Positions 28,743-37,767 of a DNA stretch of 60,277 bases are shown piece after piece. This stretch comes from a virus. Taxonomy: Duplodnaviria > Caudoviricetes. The notes beneath the pieces were generated by a model. The model saw only the letters and a program-made list of their open reading frames with translations. It ran no database searches and was not told the DNA's origin. Position numbers and translations under genes: made by a program. The stretch covers positions 1 through 60,277 of the IMG/VR virus record IMGVR_UViG_3300042475_003740; one strand, 5' to 3'. The first letter of the stretch is position 1, and every line of letters starts with the position of its first letter.

Positions 28743-28955
28743 ATGCCCTCCCCCGTCACCGCCGTCGGCCGCCTGCTCCAGCCCCGTAACGGCGAGCCGC
28801 GCCGCCATCGAGTGATCGCTGTGGCACCCAGCGGCAAGGTCCGCACCGTGATCGATCGGGAGGTTCAGGCGCCGGTCGGATGCCCACCAGAGGCGTGCGG
28901 TCAGCCATTGCCATCGCCCCCCGCCCACTGCTCAATCCACACGTCCGGCTGGTAG
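28743..28955 (+). CDS. small hypothetical protein
   Basis: GGAAACCT at 28710; ATG start. Confidence 0.5.
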   Translation: MPSPVTAVGRLLQPRNGEPRRHRVIAVAPSGKVRTVIDREVQAPVGCPPEACGQPLPSPPAHCSIHTSGW

Positions 28956-29578
28956 CGGTTGCCCTCCAGCCACAGCTCCTTCAGCTCCGATGGGCTGTAG
29001 GCCGCGCCACCCGCCAAGACACGGAACAGGGAGCCGCCGCCACGTCGGTGCAGGTCGGCAAACTCCCGTTCCGGGTCGAGGCCCTCGCGCTCGATCCGCT
29101 CCCACACCTCGCGGCGCCAACGGGTAGAGAGGGCCGCCGCCTGGCGGGTGGACATCTGCGGCGGGCGCTGGATCGTGAACAGCAGCGGCACGGGGCGCAC
29201 GCCGGTGTAGCAGGCCCAGAGTTCCAGCGGGCCCCACGCCGGGCAGTCGTTGTCGCCGATCGGTCGGCCCAGCTCCAACTGACGCAGCAGGGTTGGATCA
29301 CCAGGGTGGCCCCAGTCCTGTTCGGCGGTGCGGCGGTTCAGCTCTGCCAGCTGGAAGAACGCCCGCTGCCGCAGCTCGCCCGCCTTGCCTTGCTCGATCA
29401 CCGAGAGGTTCCCGTAGGAGATCGCCAGCTCTGGCATCCCCACGGCCTTGGCCCAACTGCAGAGGGTGTACTGGGTCCAGTTGTTCCGCTTCCGCCAGTT
29501 CAGCAGCATGGCGCCGAACGCCAGGCGGGCTTCCGGCTGGCGGGCGATGAAGTCGTGGTAGGCGGTGGGGCTAGGCAT
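28901..29578 (-). CDS. XRE-family HTH transcriptional regulator
   Basis: FGAMLLNWRKRNNWTQ...ISYGNLSVIEQGK. Confidence 0.65.
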   Translation of the reverse strand: MPSPTAYHDFIARQPEARLAFGAMLLNWRKRNNWTQYTLCSWAKAVGMPELAISYGNLSVIEQGKAGELRQRAFFQLAELNRRTAEQDWGHPGDPTLLRQLELGRPIGDNDCPAWGPLELWACYTGVRPVPLLFTIQRPPQMSTRQAAALSTRWRREVWERIEREGLDPEREFADLHRRGGGSLFRVLAGGAAYSPSELKELWLEGNRYQPDVWIEQWAGGDGNG

Positions 29579-31372
29579 CTTCGCCCCCCTGCTGAAACTG
29601 CGGCAGCCACTCCCCCTGCTCATCAGTGAACCCCGCCTCGCGCAGGAACTGCCGGGCGGCTGCGGCATCCCCCGCCAAGGCGCGGTCGAGCAGGGTGGGG
29701 GCGGTGAGGTCGGCGGCCAGCTGCTCCAGCCGGTCTTGGGGGATGGCGTAGAAGCTCTCTGCGTCTTGCTCGGTGGCTTTGATGTGCAGCAGCACCTGGG
29801 CCAGGCCGTGGCGGATGGAGAAGCCGCCGTCCCACTTCGTGGCGCCCTCGTTGAACTCATCGATGAGGCGTTGGGCACGGGTCATGGGGCGGCCCATAGC
29901 TCGGCGGCGATGGCGAAGAATTTATTTCGCGCAACTTCTAGCGCTAGATCGGCTTCAAACTTGCTGGGCTTCAAAAACAATTCATCTTCCAGCACTACCT
30001 GATCCGCAGCAGCACGCAAAGCGGCGGCGGCGATGTCGCGGGTCAGCGGTTCACGGAAGGGGTCGAACGCCAGGCTTGTTGCCTCACGATCGATCGCGCG
30101 GTTACAGGCATCCAGCACCGCCTGAGCAGCGGGGGACAGCGGCGGGCGGTTAGGAGTGGTGGGGTCAGGCATGGGGTGCCTCGGGGTTGACGTGGGCGGG
30201 CAGGCAGCAAACTGTATTTACTACTGATCCTGGGTGATCAAGTATCCATTTTCCGTACTGTTGAAACCAGCAGCGGCCGTCCTCATCGCAATAACCCTCC
30301 CGTTCCCATGGGGAGTATTTAACCCAGCTCAGTCCAGGAGTATCAAGCAACTGTTTGAGCGTGAGTGGCTTGCTGCTGGTCATTTGGCCTCCGGCGAAAG
30401 CTGCCGCAGCTTGACGGCCGTGATCTTGTCCCCGTCGCTGGCAAAAGCGACGGCCTGCTCTCTGGTGTCAAACACGGGAATGAAGCGCTGTGGCCCCCCT
30501 GGTGGTGCTGCCATCGGAATCCCGCCGGCCTCTATACCTTCCCAGGCAATCGCACGCATTACGGCGTAACCAATGGCGGGGTCACGCGACATGCCAGCCC
30601 CCGTCACAGTCGTAACTGATCAGGCTCAGCCAGTCCGGCATGAACGGATCGTAGGCCTGCTCGAGGATGGGGCGGAGTTCAGAGGATGAAACCTCAATCG
30701 CTCCGCTTTCGGTGCGCCACTGGTGAAGCGTCTCACCGGCGCCCCAAAGTATGCCACTGAGGGTTCGCTGAAGAATGTCGTCAACAGTTGGAGCGGTCAT
30801 TGATGGTGATGGCAATGGGACAGTTGCCGCGATCGGCTCGCGGCGGGCCAGGGGGTCAGCGCTTCGGAGCCGACCACGTTTCATGGATCTTGGGATCGCT
30901 GGATCCGGTGATGGCTAGCAACCGGGCATCGAGCTCGCGGTTGGCGCGTGCGCCAAGGGCCTTCATCTGAACCTCGATCTTGCGGAGTTCTGCGGTGGTC
31001 ATCGGGCTGGTGGTGTGCGGTGGGACGGTGCCGCGATGGGCTCGCGGCGGGCTGTGACGCTCAGGCCAGCGCCAGCGCAATCAGCTCCCGCTTCGGGAGG
31101 TTCCGGCGCACGCCGGTGAGCTGCTGCAGCTGCCGACGGGTGAGGGCCTGCAGGTCTGCGGGAACCGGACGCGGCGCGACCGGGGCGGACCCCACCAGCA
31201 GGTGGGCGTAGGCGCGGCCCAGTCGCTCACTGAGCCCCGGCAAGGCATCCCAGCCCCGGCGGGTCAGCCGGCCTGCCAGCAGGGTGAGCACGATGGCGAC
31301 CTGAAGGGCATGCCAGGCGGTGGCGCGGACCTCGGCCCAGTCGATCTGCCGGGTGATGGCGGTGAATTCCAT
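29571..31372 (-). CDS. operon of short coupled hypothetical early genes (about 29571-29885, 29882-30172, 30165-30383, 30380-30592, 30582-30800, 30856-31002, 31061-31372)
   Basis: Overlapping start/stop codons. LSPAAQAVLDA...AAALRAAADQV motif in 29882-30172. Confidence 0.55.
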
Positions 31373-31437
31373 GGTGGTGGCGTGGTGGTGGCATCAGGCC
31401 TGCGCCTGATGGGATTAAGCATAGCACTTATCCGGTC

Positions 31438-31451
31438 CGGTTGCGCAACCG
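31438..31451. promoter_or_regulatory. perfect palindromic operator CGGTTGCGCAACCG
   Basis: Perfect 14-bp palindrome upstream of a minus-strand -10 TATGCT; variants recur at other early promoters. Confidence 0.6.
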
Positions 31452-31453
31452 CA

Positions 31454-31648
31454 TCACGCCAGCCGGCTCAGCCACAGCCTTCCCCCGCCGCTGATCGAGG
31501 CGTGGAGGGACAGGGCCACCTTGTGCGCCTGCGCCTCCGGCAGCTCGATTGCCGCATGGCGCAGCGCCTGCCTGGTGGCGTCCTCGTCGCGGGCTGAAAC
31601 ACAGGCATGCGCCAGCAGGAAAGCGGCCAGGTCGTCGGGTAGTTCCAT
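31454..31648 (-). CDS. hypothetical protein
   Basis: 64 aa ORF next to an operator copy at 31649-31666. Confidence 0.45.
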   Translation of the reverse strand: MELPDDLAAFLLAHACVSARDEDATRQALRHAAIELPEAQAHKVALSLHASISGGGRLWLSRLA

Positions 31649-31697
31649 TGCAGATGCGCAACTGCATGCCTATTGTGGCGGTTCCCACCAGGATTTC

Positions 31698-32123
31698 ATG
31701 TCTGAAACCACCCCGCTCACCGGCGCCGCGCTGCTTGCTCGTGTCGAGGAGCTGAAGCCTGCGCCCGAATCCGAGGTCGCCATCGCCTGCGGCTACGTGA
31801 GTGAAGCCAGCAAGGCCCGCCTGTCGGCGTTCAAGGATGCCCTGCTCGATGCCCATGGCCTCGGCTTCGGCAAGGCGCCGAAGGCCGCCCGCCGCGGCAA
31901 GCCGTTGTCGTTCTGTGTCACCACCAACGCCAAGTCGGGGAACATCCTCCTCGCCGGTGGCTATGCGGCGCTGATCGGCATCGAGCCCGGCGGTCAGGTA
32001 GTGATCGCCCACCAGGGCAACAGCCTGGTGATCACCCCGGCCGGTGTGGCCGTAGCCGATGAGGCGCCCCTGGTGTGCCCCGCGCCGGCAGCGACCTACG
32101 ACGCGGTGCCGGTGGCGGCTTGA
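31698..32123 (+). CDS. cyanobacterial-type AbrB family transcriptional regulator
   Basis: LTGAALLARVEEL...ACGY...FKDALLDAHG...RRGK...GNILLAGGY...GIEPG matches the cyAbrB pattern. Confidence 0.8.
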   Translation: MSETTPLTGAALLARVEELKPAPESEVAIACGYVSEASKARLSAFKDALLDAHGLGFGKAPKAARRGKPLSFCVTTNAKSGNILLAGGYAALIGIEPGGQVVIAHQGNSLVITPAGVAVADEAPLVCPAPAATYDAVPVAA

Positions 32124-32185
32124 GGCATGCAGGCCCGCCCGGAGCCTTGATCCGGGCAATCAATCCACTGCACCCCCAGCCACAC

Positions 32186-32407
32186 GTGAAACTTCCTCCT
32201 CTTTCCGAGTCTGATTTCGATGCCATTATCAACATCAATTCTTGGCTAGCTACCGGAGTCCAGGTCACTGCAGTCGCGCTTAAGTTTGCGCACATCATTG
32301 ACTGGTCCTGGTGGCTTGTGATGCTGCCCACCATTGGCGCACTGTGGGTTGTAATGCTGCTAACCATTGCTATTGCTATATGGCTTGCGACTGCTGAGCA
32401 GTCCTGA
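32186..32407 (+). CDS. small membrane protein
   Basis: ALKFAHIIDWSWWLVMLP hydrophobic motif; low GC. Confidence 0.5.
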   Translation: MKLPPLSESDFDAIININSWLATGVQVTAVALKFAHIIDWSWWLVMLPTIGALWVVMLLTIAIAIWLATAEQS

Positions 32408-33595
32408 TCAGTCAAACAACGGCACGCTTTCCTCCAGCGGTTTCGGGTTCTGCGGATACAGCCGCTTCTCTGATGCCGTAGGCGTGCGCAGGGCTCGGGC
32501 CAGATCGGCTCGGGCCTTCTCCATGTCCGGCCCCCGCTCGATCAGCCGCTCCAGCTGAGCACCGAGCGCATCCTTCTGGTCGCCGTCCTTCGCCCGGTCC
32601 ACCTGCCCCCGCAGCACCTTCACCCGCTCCTGGTGCTGACCCTCCGCGTAGGCCTCCACGCCCCGCTCGTGCTCAGCCTGCCAGCGGTCGGCATCGAGGA
32701 GGGTGCGGCGCAGCTCCGGGTCGCGCTCCTGCACGGCTTCATCGGGGACGGGAGTAGCTACGCATCGGCATCTCGGATGCCAGGGGATTGGCACCCGATC
32801 CACCGGGTACACCCGCCCATTCCTGCTCGCACACGTCGGGCACACCCGCTCATCGTTGCTGGCCAACACCCGCACGTAGGCGAAGCCCTCCTCCCTTGCA
32901 CGCATCAGAGCGCCCTGGCTGTAGGCGGTCGCCAGCTCGGTGCGGGCGATCAGCGCCGCACGCTGCTCCAGCCCCAACCGGCGGGTGATGCCGTTCGGAT
33001 CCCTTGCCCCGCGCAGCGCCTGCCGGATCGACACCTCCAGCCGCTTCGGGCCCCACCCCCTGGTGGCACCCTCGCCGACGATCTGCGCCAACTGGTCGCG
33101 GAATCGTGCCGCCTCGCCCTGGATGAATGCCGAGGTGTTGAGCGTTGCGGCGCGAATCGCCAGCGGATCAGCACCGGTGAACGGCACCGCAGCATCGGGC
33201 CGGCCCACCAGGCGGAGCAGGTCGGTGCCGAGCTGCCCGCCGAGCCGGGAGGCCTCCCGCAGATCTCGCTCATAGCCAGACGACCAGACGCGGATTTCCT
33301 CCTCCGTCAGGAACTGCTGCGCATCGCGCAGGATGGCCCTGTACTTCGCCGTGGCCTCAGCTGCCGAGTAGCTGCCAGGCCGGCGGATCGACTGGCCCGC
33401 GGGGTCGAAACCCTGCGGGCCGAGGTCTTCGAGGTAGAGGGCGTAGCTGCGCCGAAGCGACCGCAGTACCCCCTGCATCGATCGCCGGATGGTGGCGATG
33501 ATGTTCGCGCTGGCGCGGCGCTCCAGGCCATCCAGGGCATGGCTGTAGTCGTCCGCGACCCCGACGAGACGCCGGGGCCCTGGGGCCTGGGTCAT
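32408..33595 (-). CDS. minor head protein (SPP1 gp7 / Mu gpF family)
   Basis: RAALIARTE, DERVCPTC and PWHPRCRC motifs. Confidence 0.88.
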   Translation of the reverse strand: MTQAPGPRRLVGVADDYSHALDGLERRASANIIATIRRSMQGVLRSLRRSYALYLEDLGPQGFDPAGQSIRRPGSYSAAEATAKYRAILRDAQQFLTEEEIRVWSSGYERDLREASRLGGQLGTDLLRLVGRPDAAVPFTGADPLAIRAATLNTSAFIQGEAARFRDQLAQIVGEGATRGWGPKRLEVSIRQALRGARDPNGITRRLGLEQRAALIARTELATAYSQGALMRAREEGFAYVRVLASNDERVCPTCASRNGRVYPVDRVPIPWHPRCRCVATPVPDEAVQERDPELRRTLLDADRWQAEHERGVEAYAEGQHQERVKVLRGQVDRAKDGDQKDALGAQLERLIERGPDMEKARADLARALRTPTASEKRLYPQNPKPLEESVPLFD

Positions 33596-33750
33596 TCGTC
33601 GTCGCCTTCGTCCTCATCACCGGCGGCGAGCACGTCGGCCTTGACCTGCTCGATCACACCCAGCAGCTCGAAGGTGCTGAGCGGATCATCGAGGGCCACC
33701 TGCTCGGCGATGGTCTCGTGGATGGCTTCGTAGAGGGTTTCGGCGGACAT
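33592..33750 (-). CDS. small acidic protein (MSAETLYEAIHE...)
   Basis: 52 aa; late motif at 33777-33784; ATGA-coupled. Confidence 0.55.
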   Translation of the reverse strand: MSAETLYEAIHETIAEQVALDDPLSTFELLGVIEQVKADVLAAGDEDEGDDE

Positions 33751-33774
33751 GGTGGGGGGTCGGTGGGGGACGGC

Positions 33775-35262
33775 TCAGCTTTCCGGCTCCTCCAGCTCCT
33801 CCCCCTCCTCCGGCGGCAGGCCGCCCAGGTCATTCAGCCCCACCTCCTCCGCCGGCTCCGGCACCTCCTCCGCCAGGCGCTCCAGCTCCTCCTCCACGCT
33901 GGTGGTGACCTTCAGCCTGCCGGCACGCTGCAGCTCCTCGATCGCGCTGCGCTGGCTGATCAGCTCGACGCCGCCGGCCAGTTTCTGCAGCTGATCCACG
34001 TCCGCCGCCTCCATCGGCCGCTCGTAGATCGAAGCGCTCATCGCCAGGCCCGCGTCAGGGTCGAGGGTCTCGCCGGTGAACAGCACCCACAGGGCCATGA
34101 GCGACTGCATCACCGAGGATTTCCGCTCCGCGATGCGGGTGATTGCCGATTCGGTCTGCGCCCCCTCCATCCCGGCCTGCGTGGCCGTCTTCGTCCCGCC
34201 GGAGTCGCCGTAGAGAAACCCGAGGGTCTGCCGAGCGATCAGCTTCTCGGTCTCGGCGATCTGCGCCCGCTGCTCCGCCAGGCTGGTGGCGCTGGGTTCG
34301 GCGAAGGCAAACGAGCCGCCGGGCTCCAGGTCGATGATCGTATTTGGCCCGATCACCGCGTCACGGCGGTTCTGCCCTGGCGCCGGCGGCACTGCTCCAA
34401 TTCGCACCGGCACCGGCATGGCGCACTTGTGAGTCTTCTCGCGCAGGTCCGACGACTCGCGGAAATGGGAAAGGCAATGCTCCACCACCTGCCGCAGCGG
34501 CAGCTCCCCCCCGCCGAAGTCCGCCTCGTCACTCGGGTACCAGACCACCGGCACCACCGGCAGCGGCTGGCGGTTCGCGCCGAGGATCGGCACGTCCTCA
34601 CCCACTCGGGTGGCCACGAGGTCATTAGAGGCGTTCCGCTCGATCAGGTAGATCCGCTGAAACCCCCGGCCCACCATCCGGTAGCGGGGGACGGTCTTGA
34701 CGCCAAAGTCGCCGTCGGGTTCCTCCTCCATCTCCAGGAAGATCACCCACTCCAGTTTCCCGTCGCCGGTAGTGCGCCAGTTGAGCATTTTCGAGCGGCG
34801 GCGATTCACCAGGTAGGGCCGCACGCCGGTGGCCACCTCCACCCCGGCGTTGCCGGACTCGTTCGGCGGCATCTCCACCTGCAGCGCCACGCCGCCGTCG
34901 CGGAGCATCGCGGCGTCCACCTCCATCCACCAGGCCTTGAGGGAGTTGCCCTCCCCGTCGATGCTCGACGAGGCGGCCTCCATCGTGGCCGGCGGGTTGG
35001 CGAGGCTGAACTTGGACAGCACGCCCGCGAAGGCATGGATCGATGAGCGGAAGAAGTCGGTGAATACCGCCCGATCAAGCCGGGCCTTGTAGGCGTCGTC
35101 AGGCTCAGCAGGTTCCTGCGGCAGGTAGGAGGCCTTCACCCCGCGCAGGCACTGGAAGGCGTCGTAGGCCCGCCGCAGATCCTCCGCCAGATCCCGCAGT
35201 GCCGGGTGCTGGTAGCTGGGAAGGCTCGGGTCATCTACGGGGTGGTCGAGATCGGTCTGCAC
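33775..35262 (-). CDS. portal protein (DUF4055-like)
   Basis: YLPQEPAEPDDAYKARL, IDGEGNSL and KTATQA motifs; precedes the gp7-like gene. Confidence 0.88.
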   Translation of the reverse strand: MQTDLDHPVDDPSLPSYQHPALRDLAEDLRRAYDAFQCLRGVKASYLPQEPAEPDDAYKARLDRAVFTDFFRSSIHAFAGVLSKFSLANPPATMEAASSSIDGEGNSLKAWWMEVDAAMLRDGGVALQVEMPPNESGNAGVEVATGVRPYLVNRRRSKMLNWRTTGDGKLEWVIFLEMEEEPDGDFGVKTVPRYRMVGRGFQRIYLIERNASNDLVATRVGEDVPILGANRQPLPVVPVVWYPSDEADFGGGELPLRQVVEHCLSHFRESSDLREKTHKCAMPVPVRIGAVPPAPGQNRRDAVIGPNTIIDLEPGGSFAFAEPSATSLAEQRAQIAETEKLIARQTLGFLYGDSGGTKTATQAGMEGAQTESAITRIAERKSSVMQSLMALWVLFTGETLDPDAGLAMSASIYERPMEAADVDQLQKLAGGVELISQRSAIEELQRAGRLKVTTSVEEELERLAEEVPEPAEEVGLNDLGGLPPEEGEELEEPES

Positions 35263-35372
35263 ACGCTGCGCCGGGACTGGGCCTGTGGCTCAGCTTTCCG
35301 GTCGCAGAAGGCCCGGCCGTGAACCGCCTCAGGGACGGACAGGGGACCGGGATCTGTCGCTGTTGAGTGCAA

Positions 35373-35447
35373 TCACCAGGGCAGGGCTCGAACCTGCATC
35401 GGCCTGCAGCGGCAGACCCGTCCTATCCAGTTGGCTCGGACCTGGTG
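35373..35447 (-). ncRNA. tRNA-like RNA with non-canonical D and anticodon arms
   Basis: CACCAGG/CCTGGTG acceptor stem; T-arm GCAGG-TTCGAGC-CCTGC; D-loop-like AACTGGATA. Confidence 0.5.
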
Positions 35448-35451
35448 GGGG

Positions 35452-35745
35452 TCACCACTTCACCCGATCCGCCCAGTAGGCGGCGCTGAGCTTCCCCTTG
35501 GCGATGTTCGCGGCATGCCTGGCCTTGAACGCTGCCCGCCGGGCCTTGGCCGCCTTGCCCTCGCCCTCCCGCCTGGGGCTGCCCTGGATGCCCTGCTGGC
35601 CGAAGCGGATCACCTGGTAGCGGCCACCATCGGCAGCGAGCACCACGTGGCTCTTGGTCGGGTGCTTCGGTGTGCGCTTCGGCTTGTTGACGCCCTCCAG
35701 CCCGAGGCGCTGCAGGTTGGCTTTGACACGTGCGGGGATGGCCAT
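35452..35745 (-). CDS. conserved basic phage protein (KPKRTPKHPTKSHVV...IRFGQQG...SAAYWADRVKW)
   Basis: Recognisable widespread phage motif; late motif 13 nt upstream of the ATG. Confidence 0.75.
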   Translation of the reverse strand: MAIPARVKANLQRLGLEGVNKPKRTPKHPTKSHVVLAADGGRYQVIRFGQQGIQGSPRREGEGKAAKARRAAFKARHAANIAKGKLSAAYWADRVKW

Positions 35746-35798
35746 GCCACAGGTTGCCGACCCACCAGGGAATGGCAGGCCGGTGGTGGCGGCGGGGG

Positions 35799-36554
35799 TC
35801 AGGCGATCGGGGTGAAGGTGTAGCGGTAGGACCGCGGCAGGGCATGCTCATGCCGGTGGTTGGGGCTGAGGTCGCCCAGCACCCCCATCACCTCTGCGGT
35901 GATCACCTCATGCCAGATCATGGCCGCGCCACGCTGGCTGGCGGCGACCACGTGCACCCCCTTCGAGAGCCGTGGGGCGGGCCCGGCCACCGACTCGAGG
36001 AACCAGCCATCCATCCACACCGCGAACGCGGGTGAGATCCACCGGGCGAGGTCGATGGCAAGGCGGGGGTGAATCCAGGTGCCGCGTAGGTGGTTGGGGC
36101 CGGCGGTGGTGGCGTGGATGAGCGTGGCGGGATTCTGCGGTGACCCGTCGATGGGTGACCGCAGATCTGCGGTGACCCCCAGATGCGAGGCCAGCGCAGT
36201 GATGTACTCCTGCGTCCGGGCCGAGCGGGCATAGGTGAACCACTCCCGGGCGTTCGCCTTGCACATCGCCGTGGCATTCACGAACCCATCCGCCTCGCGC
36301 CGCTGGATCGCCGTGCCCTGCCAGAAGCGCTCCTCGGTGCCGGGGGCGGGCGGCAGGGTCCAGGCTGCGGGGAGGTCATCCTCCTCGAGGATGGTGGCCT
36401 GCACCACGGCCAGGCCAGGGTCAGCCTCGGGGGCGCCACGACGGCGGCGCTGGTAGGCACGCATGGAGCAGCGGCTGCTGCACCACCTGGCAGACGGGTT
36501 GCCGGCCCAGAACTCAGTGCCGCAGCACTGGCATGTCTTGTGGATGCTGCGCAT
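35799..36554 (-). CDS. KilA-N domain protein with an N-terminal Cys cluster
   Basis: DGFVNATAMCKA and GTWIHPRLAIDLARWISPAFAVW. Confidence 0.88.
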   Translation of the reverse strand: MRSIHKTCQCCGTEFWAGNPSARWCSSRCSMRAYQRRRRGAPEADPGLAVVQATILEEDDLPAAWTLPPAPGTEERFWQGTAIQRREADGFVNATAMCKANAREWFTYARSARTQEYITALASHLGVTADLRSPIDGSPQNPATLIHATTAGPNHLRGTWIHPRLAIDLARWISPAFAVWMDGWFLESVAGPAPRLSKGVHVVAASQRGAAMIWHEVITAEVMGVLGDLSPNHRHEHALPRSYRYTFTPIA

Positions 36555-36557
36555 GGC

Positions 36558-36743
36558 TCAGGCCTCCACGAACGCGAGGGTCAGCTCAGCCAGCTCCGGC
36601 CGGTGGCGGAGCACTTCGGCCACAGCGGCCTGTGCCTCGGCCGTGGTGTCGAAGTCGTTGGGGTAGCCCAGCTCCCAGAGGGCGCGATCAATCGCGTCCG
36701 CGAAGGGGCCGCCGTCCCACGCGGGGGAGACGAGGGTCTTCAT
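36558..36743 (-). CDS. hypothetical protein
   Basis: MKTLVSP...; -10 TATGAT upstream. Confidence 0.5.
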   Translation of the reverse strand: MKTLVSPAWDGGPFADAIDRALWELGYPNDFDTTAEAQAAVAEVLRHRPELAELTLAFVEA

Positions 36744-36946
36744 TGTGATTTCAGTCAGAGAACCGCCCGGCACCTCTGCCGGACATGCGGATCATAGCCC
36801 AACGGAAAGGGGCCAGCCAGTGGCCAGCCCCTCGCCGGTGAAACCGGGCCTTCGGTACGGTTTCAGGCCAGCGTCTCTGGGGCGCCAGCCACCGCGCCCG
36901 CCCTTACGGGTAGGGCCGACCCGGCGGGGTCAGGCTACCGGCCGAC

Positions 36947-37183
36947 TCAGCCAGGCAGCCTCTCCAGCCGATCGTCCAGCACCAGGGACCGCTCACCGCT
37001 GGTGACCTTGGCGATGGTGACGACAAGGCTGATGAGGGCGCCCTCGCTGATCGCTGCGAATGCTTCGCGGGACTCAGGGCTGCGGCACTCGCAGCGGATC
37101 GACACTGGCCCAACCGTGATGGTGAACTCCTGCTCTGCGGTGCCGACGTTGCTGGCGCGGCCCACCAGGGTGATGCTGTCCAT
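36947..37183 (-). CDS. hypothetical protein (OB-fold-like)
   Basis: MDSITLVGR...; operator copy at 37217-37234. Confidence 0.5.
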   Translation of the reverse strand: MDSITLVGRASNVGTAEQEFTITVGPVSIRCECRSPESREAFAAISEGALISLVVTIAKVTSGERSLVLDDRLERLPG

Positions 37184-37209
37184 GGTGATGGGTGGTGGCT
37201 CCCGGCACT

Positions 37210-37713
37210 CTACCGCTGCGGTTGTGAAACCGCACCTGCTCCTTCCGAACACTGCGCCACCAGCCCGGCCTCCAGGTAGCGGTACTGCACGTTATGGCTC
37301 AGGGTATTGGTGCGGGTGTCGTAGGTGATCAGCACGTTCCGGCAGTGGCGCTCGGCCGTGGTGCTCCGCCGCACGTACTCCCCGCCGCTGCAGGTGATCA
37401 TCCCGGCATCGCTCACGGTCGGCCGCTGGGCCTCGAACCCGGAGAACCGCAGCAGCTCGGGCAGGCGGCCGGCCTGGTAGCCGCGGGCGTGCTCGTAGTT
37501 GGCGAACCGCTGCAGCCCGGCGCAGGTCGCCGCAGCAGCCAGCGGCGCCGGGGCGCTGCTGGAGGGCGGCAGCTCAACCGACAGGAGCTCAGCCGGGCGT
37601 GGCACGGGCTGGAACTGAAACTCCGCTGGCGGAGGGGGCTCGGGCGTCAGAGCTCGATGGCCGAGCAGTAGCAGCAGGGCTCCGCCGGCGGCCAGGAGGA
37701 TGGAATGGCGCAT
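37210..37713 (-). CDS. exported or membrane-anchored protein
   Basis: N-terminal hydrophobic signal ILLAAGGALLLLLG; four Cys. Confidence 0.6.
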   Translation of the reverse strand: MRHSILLAAGGALLLLLGHRALTPEPPPPAEFQFQPVPRPAELLSVELPPSSSAPAPLAAAATCAGLQRFANYEHARGYQAGRLPELLRFSGFEAQRPTVSDAGMITCSGGEYVRRSTTAERHCRNVLITYDTRTNTLSHNVQYRYLEAGLVAQCSEGAGAVSQPQR

Positions 37714-37767
37714 GGTGTGGTGGTGGCTATTTGCAGCATACCGATACGGTTGCGAAACTGCACCGGT

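Noticed and set aside
33718-35046. Long antisense ORFs (for example 33718-35046, 11274-12521, 32633-33733, 53355-54350)
   Set aside because: These are shadow frames of well-supported opposite-strand genes in high-GC DNA and carry no recognisable motifs.
35373-35447. Canonical tRNA gene
   Set aside because: It lacks a 7-nt anticodon loop and normal D-stem spacing; kept only as a tRNA-like RNA.
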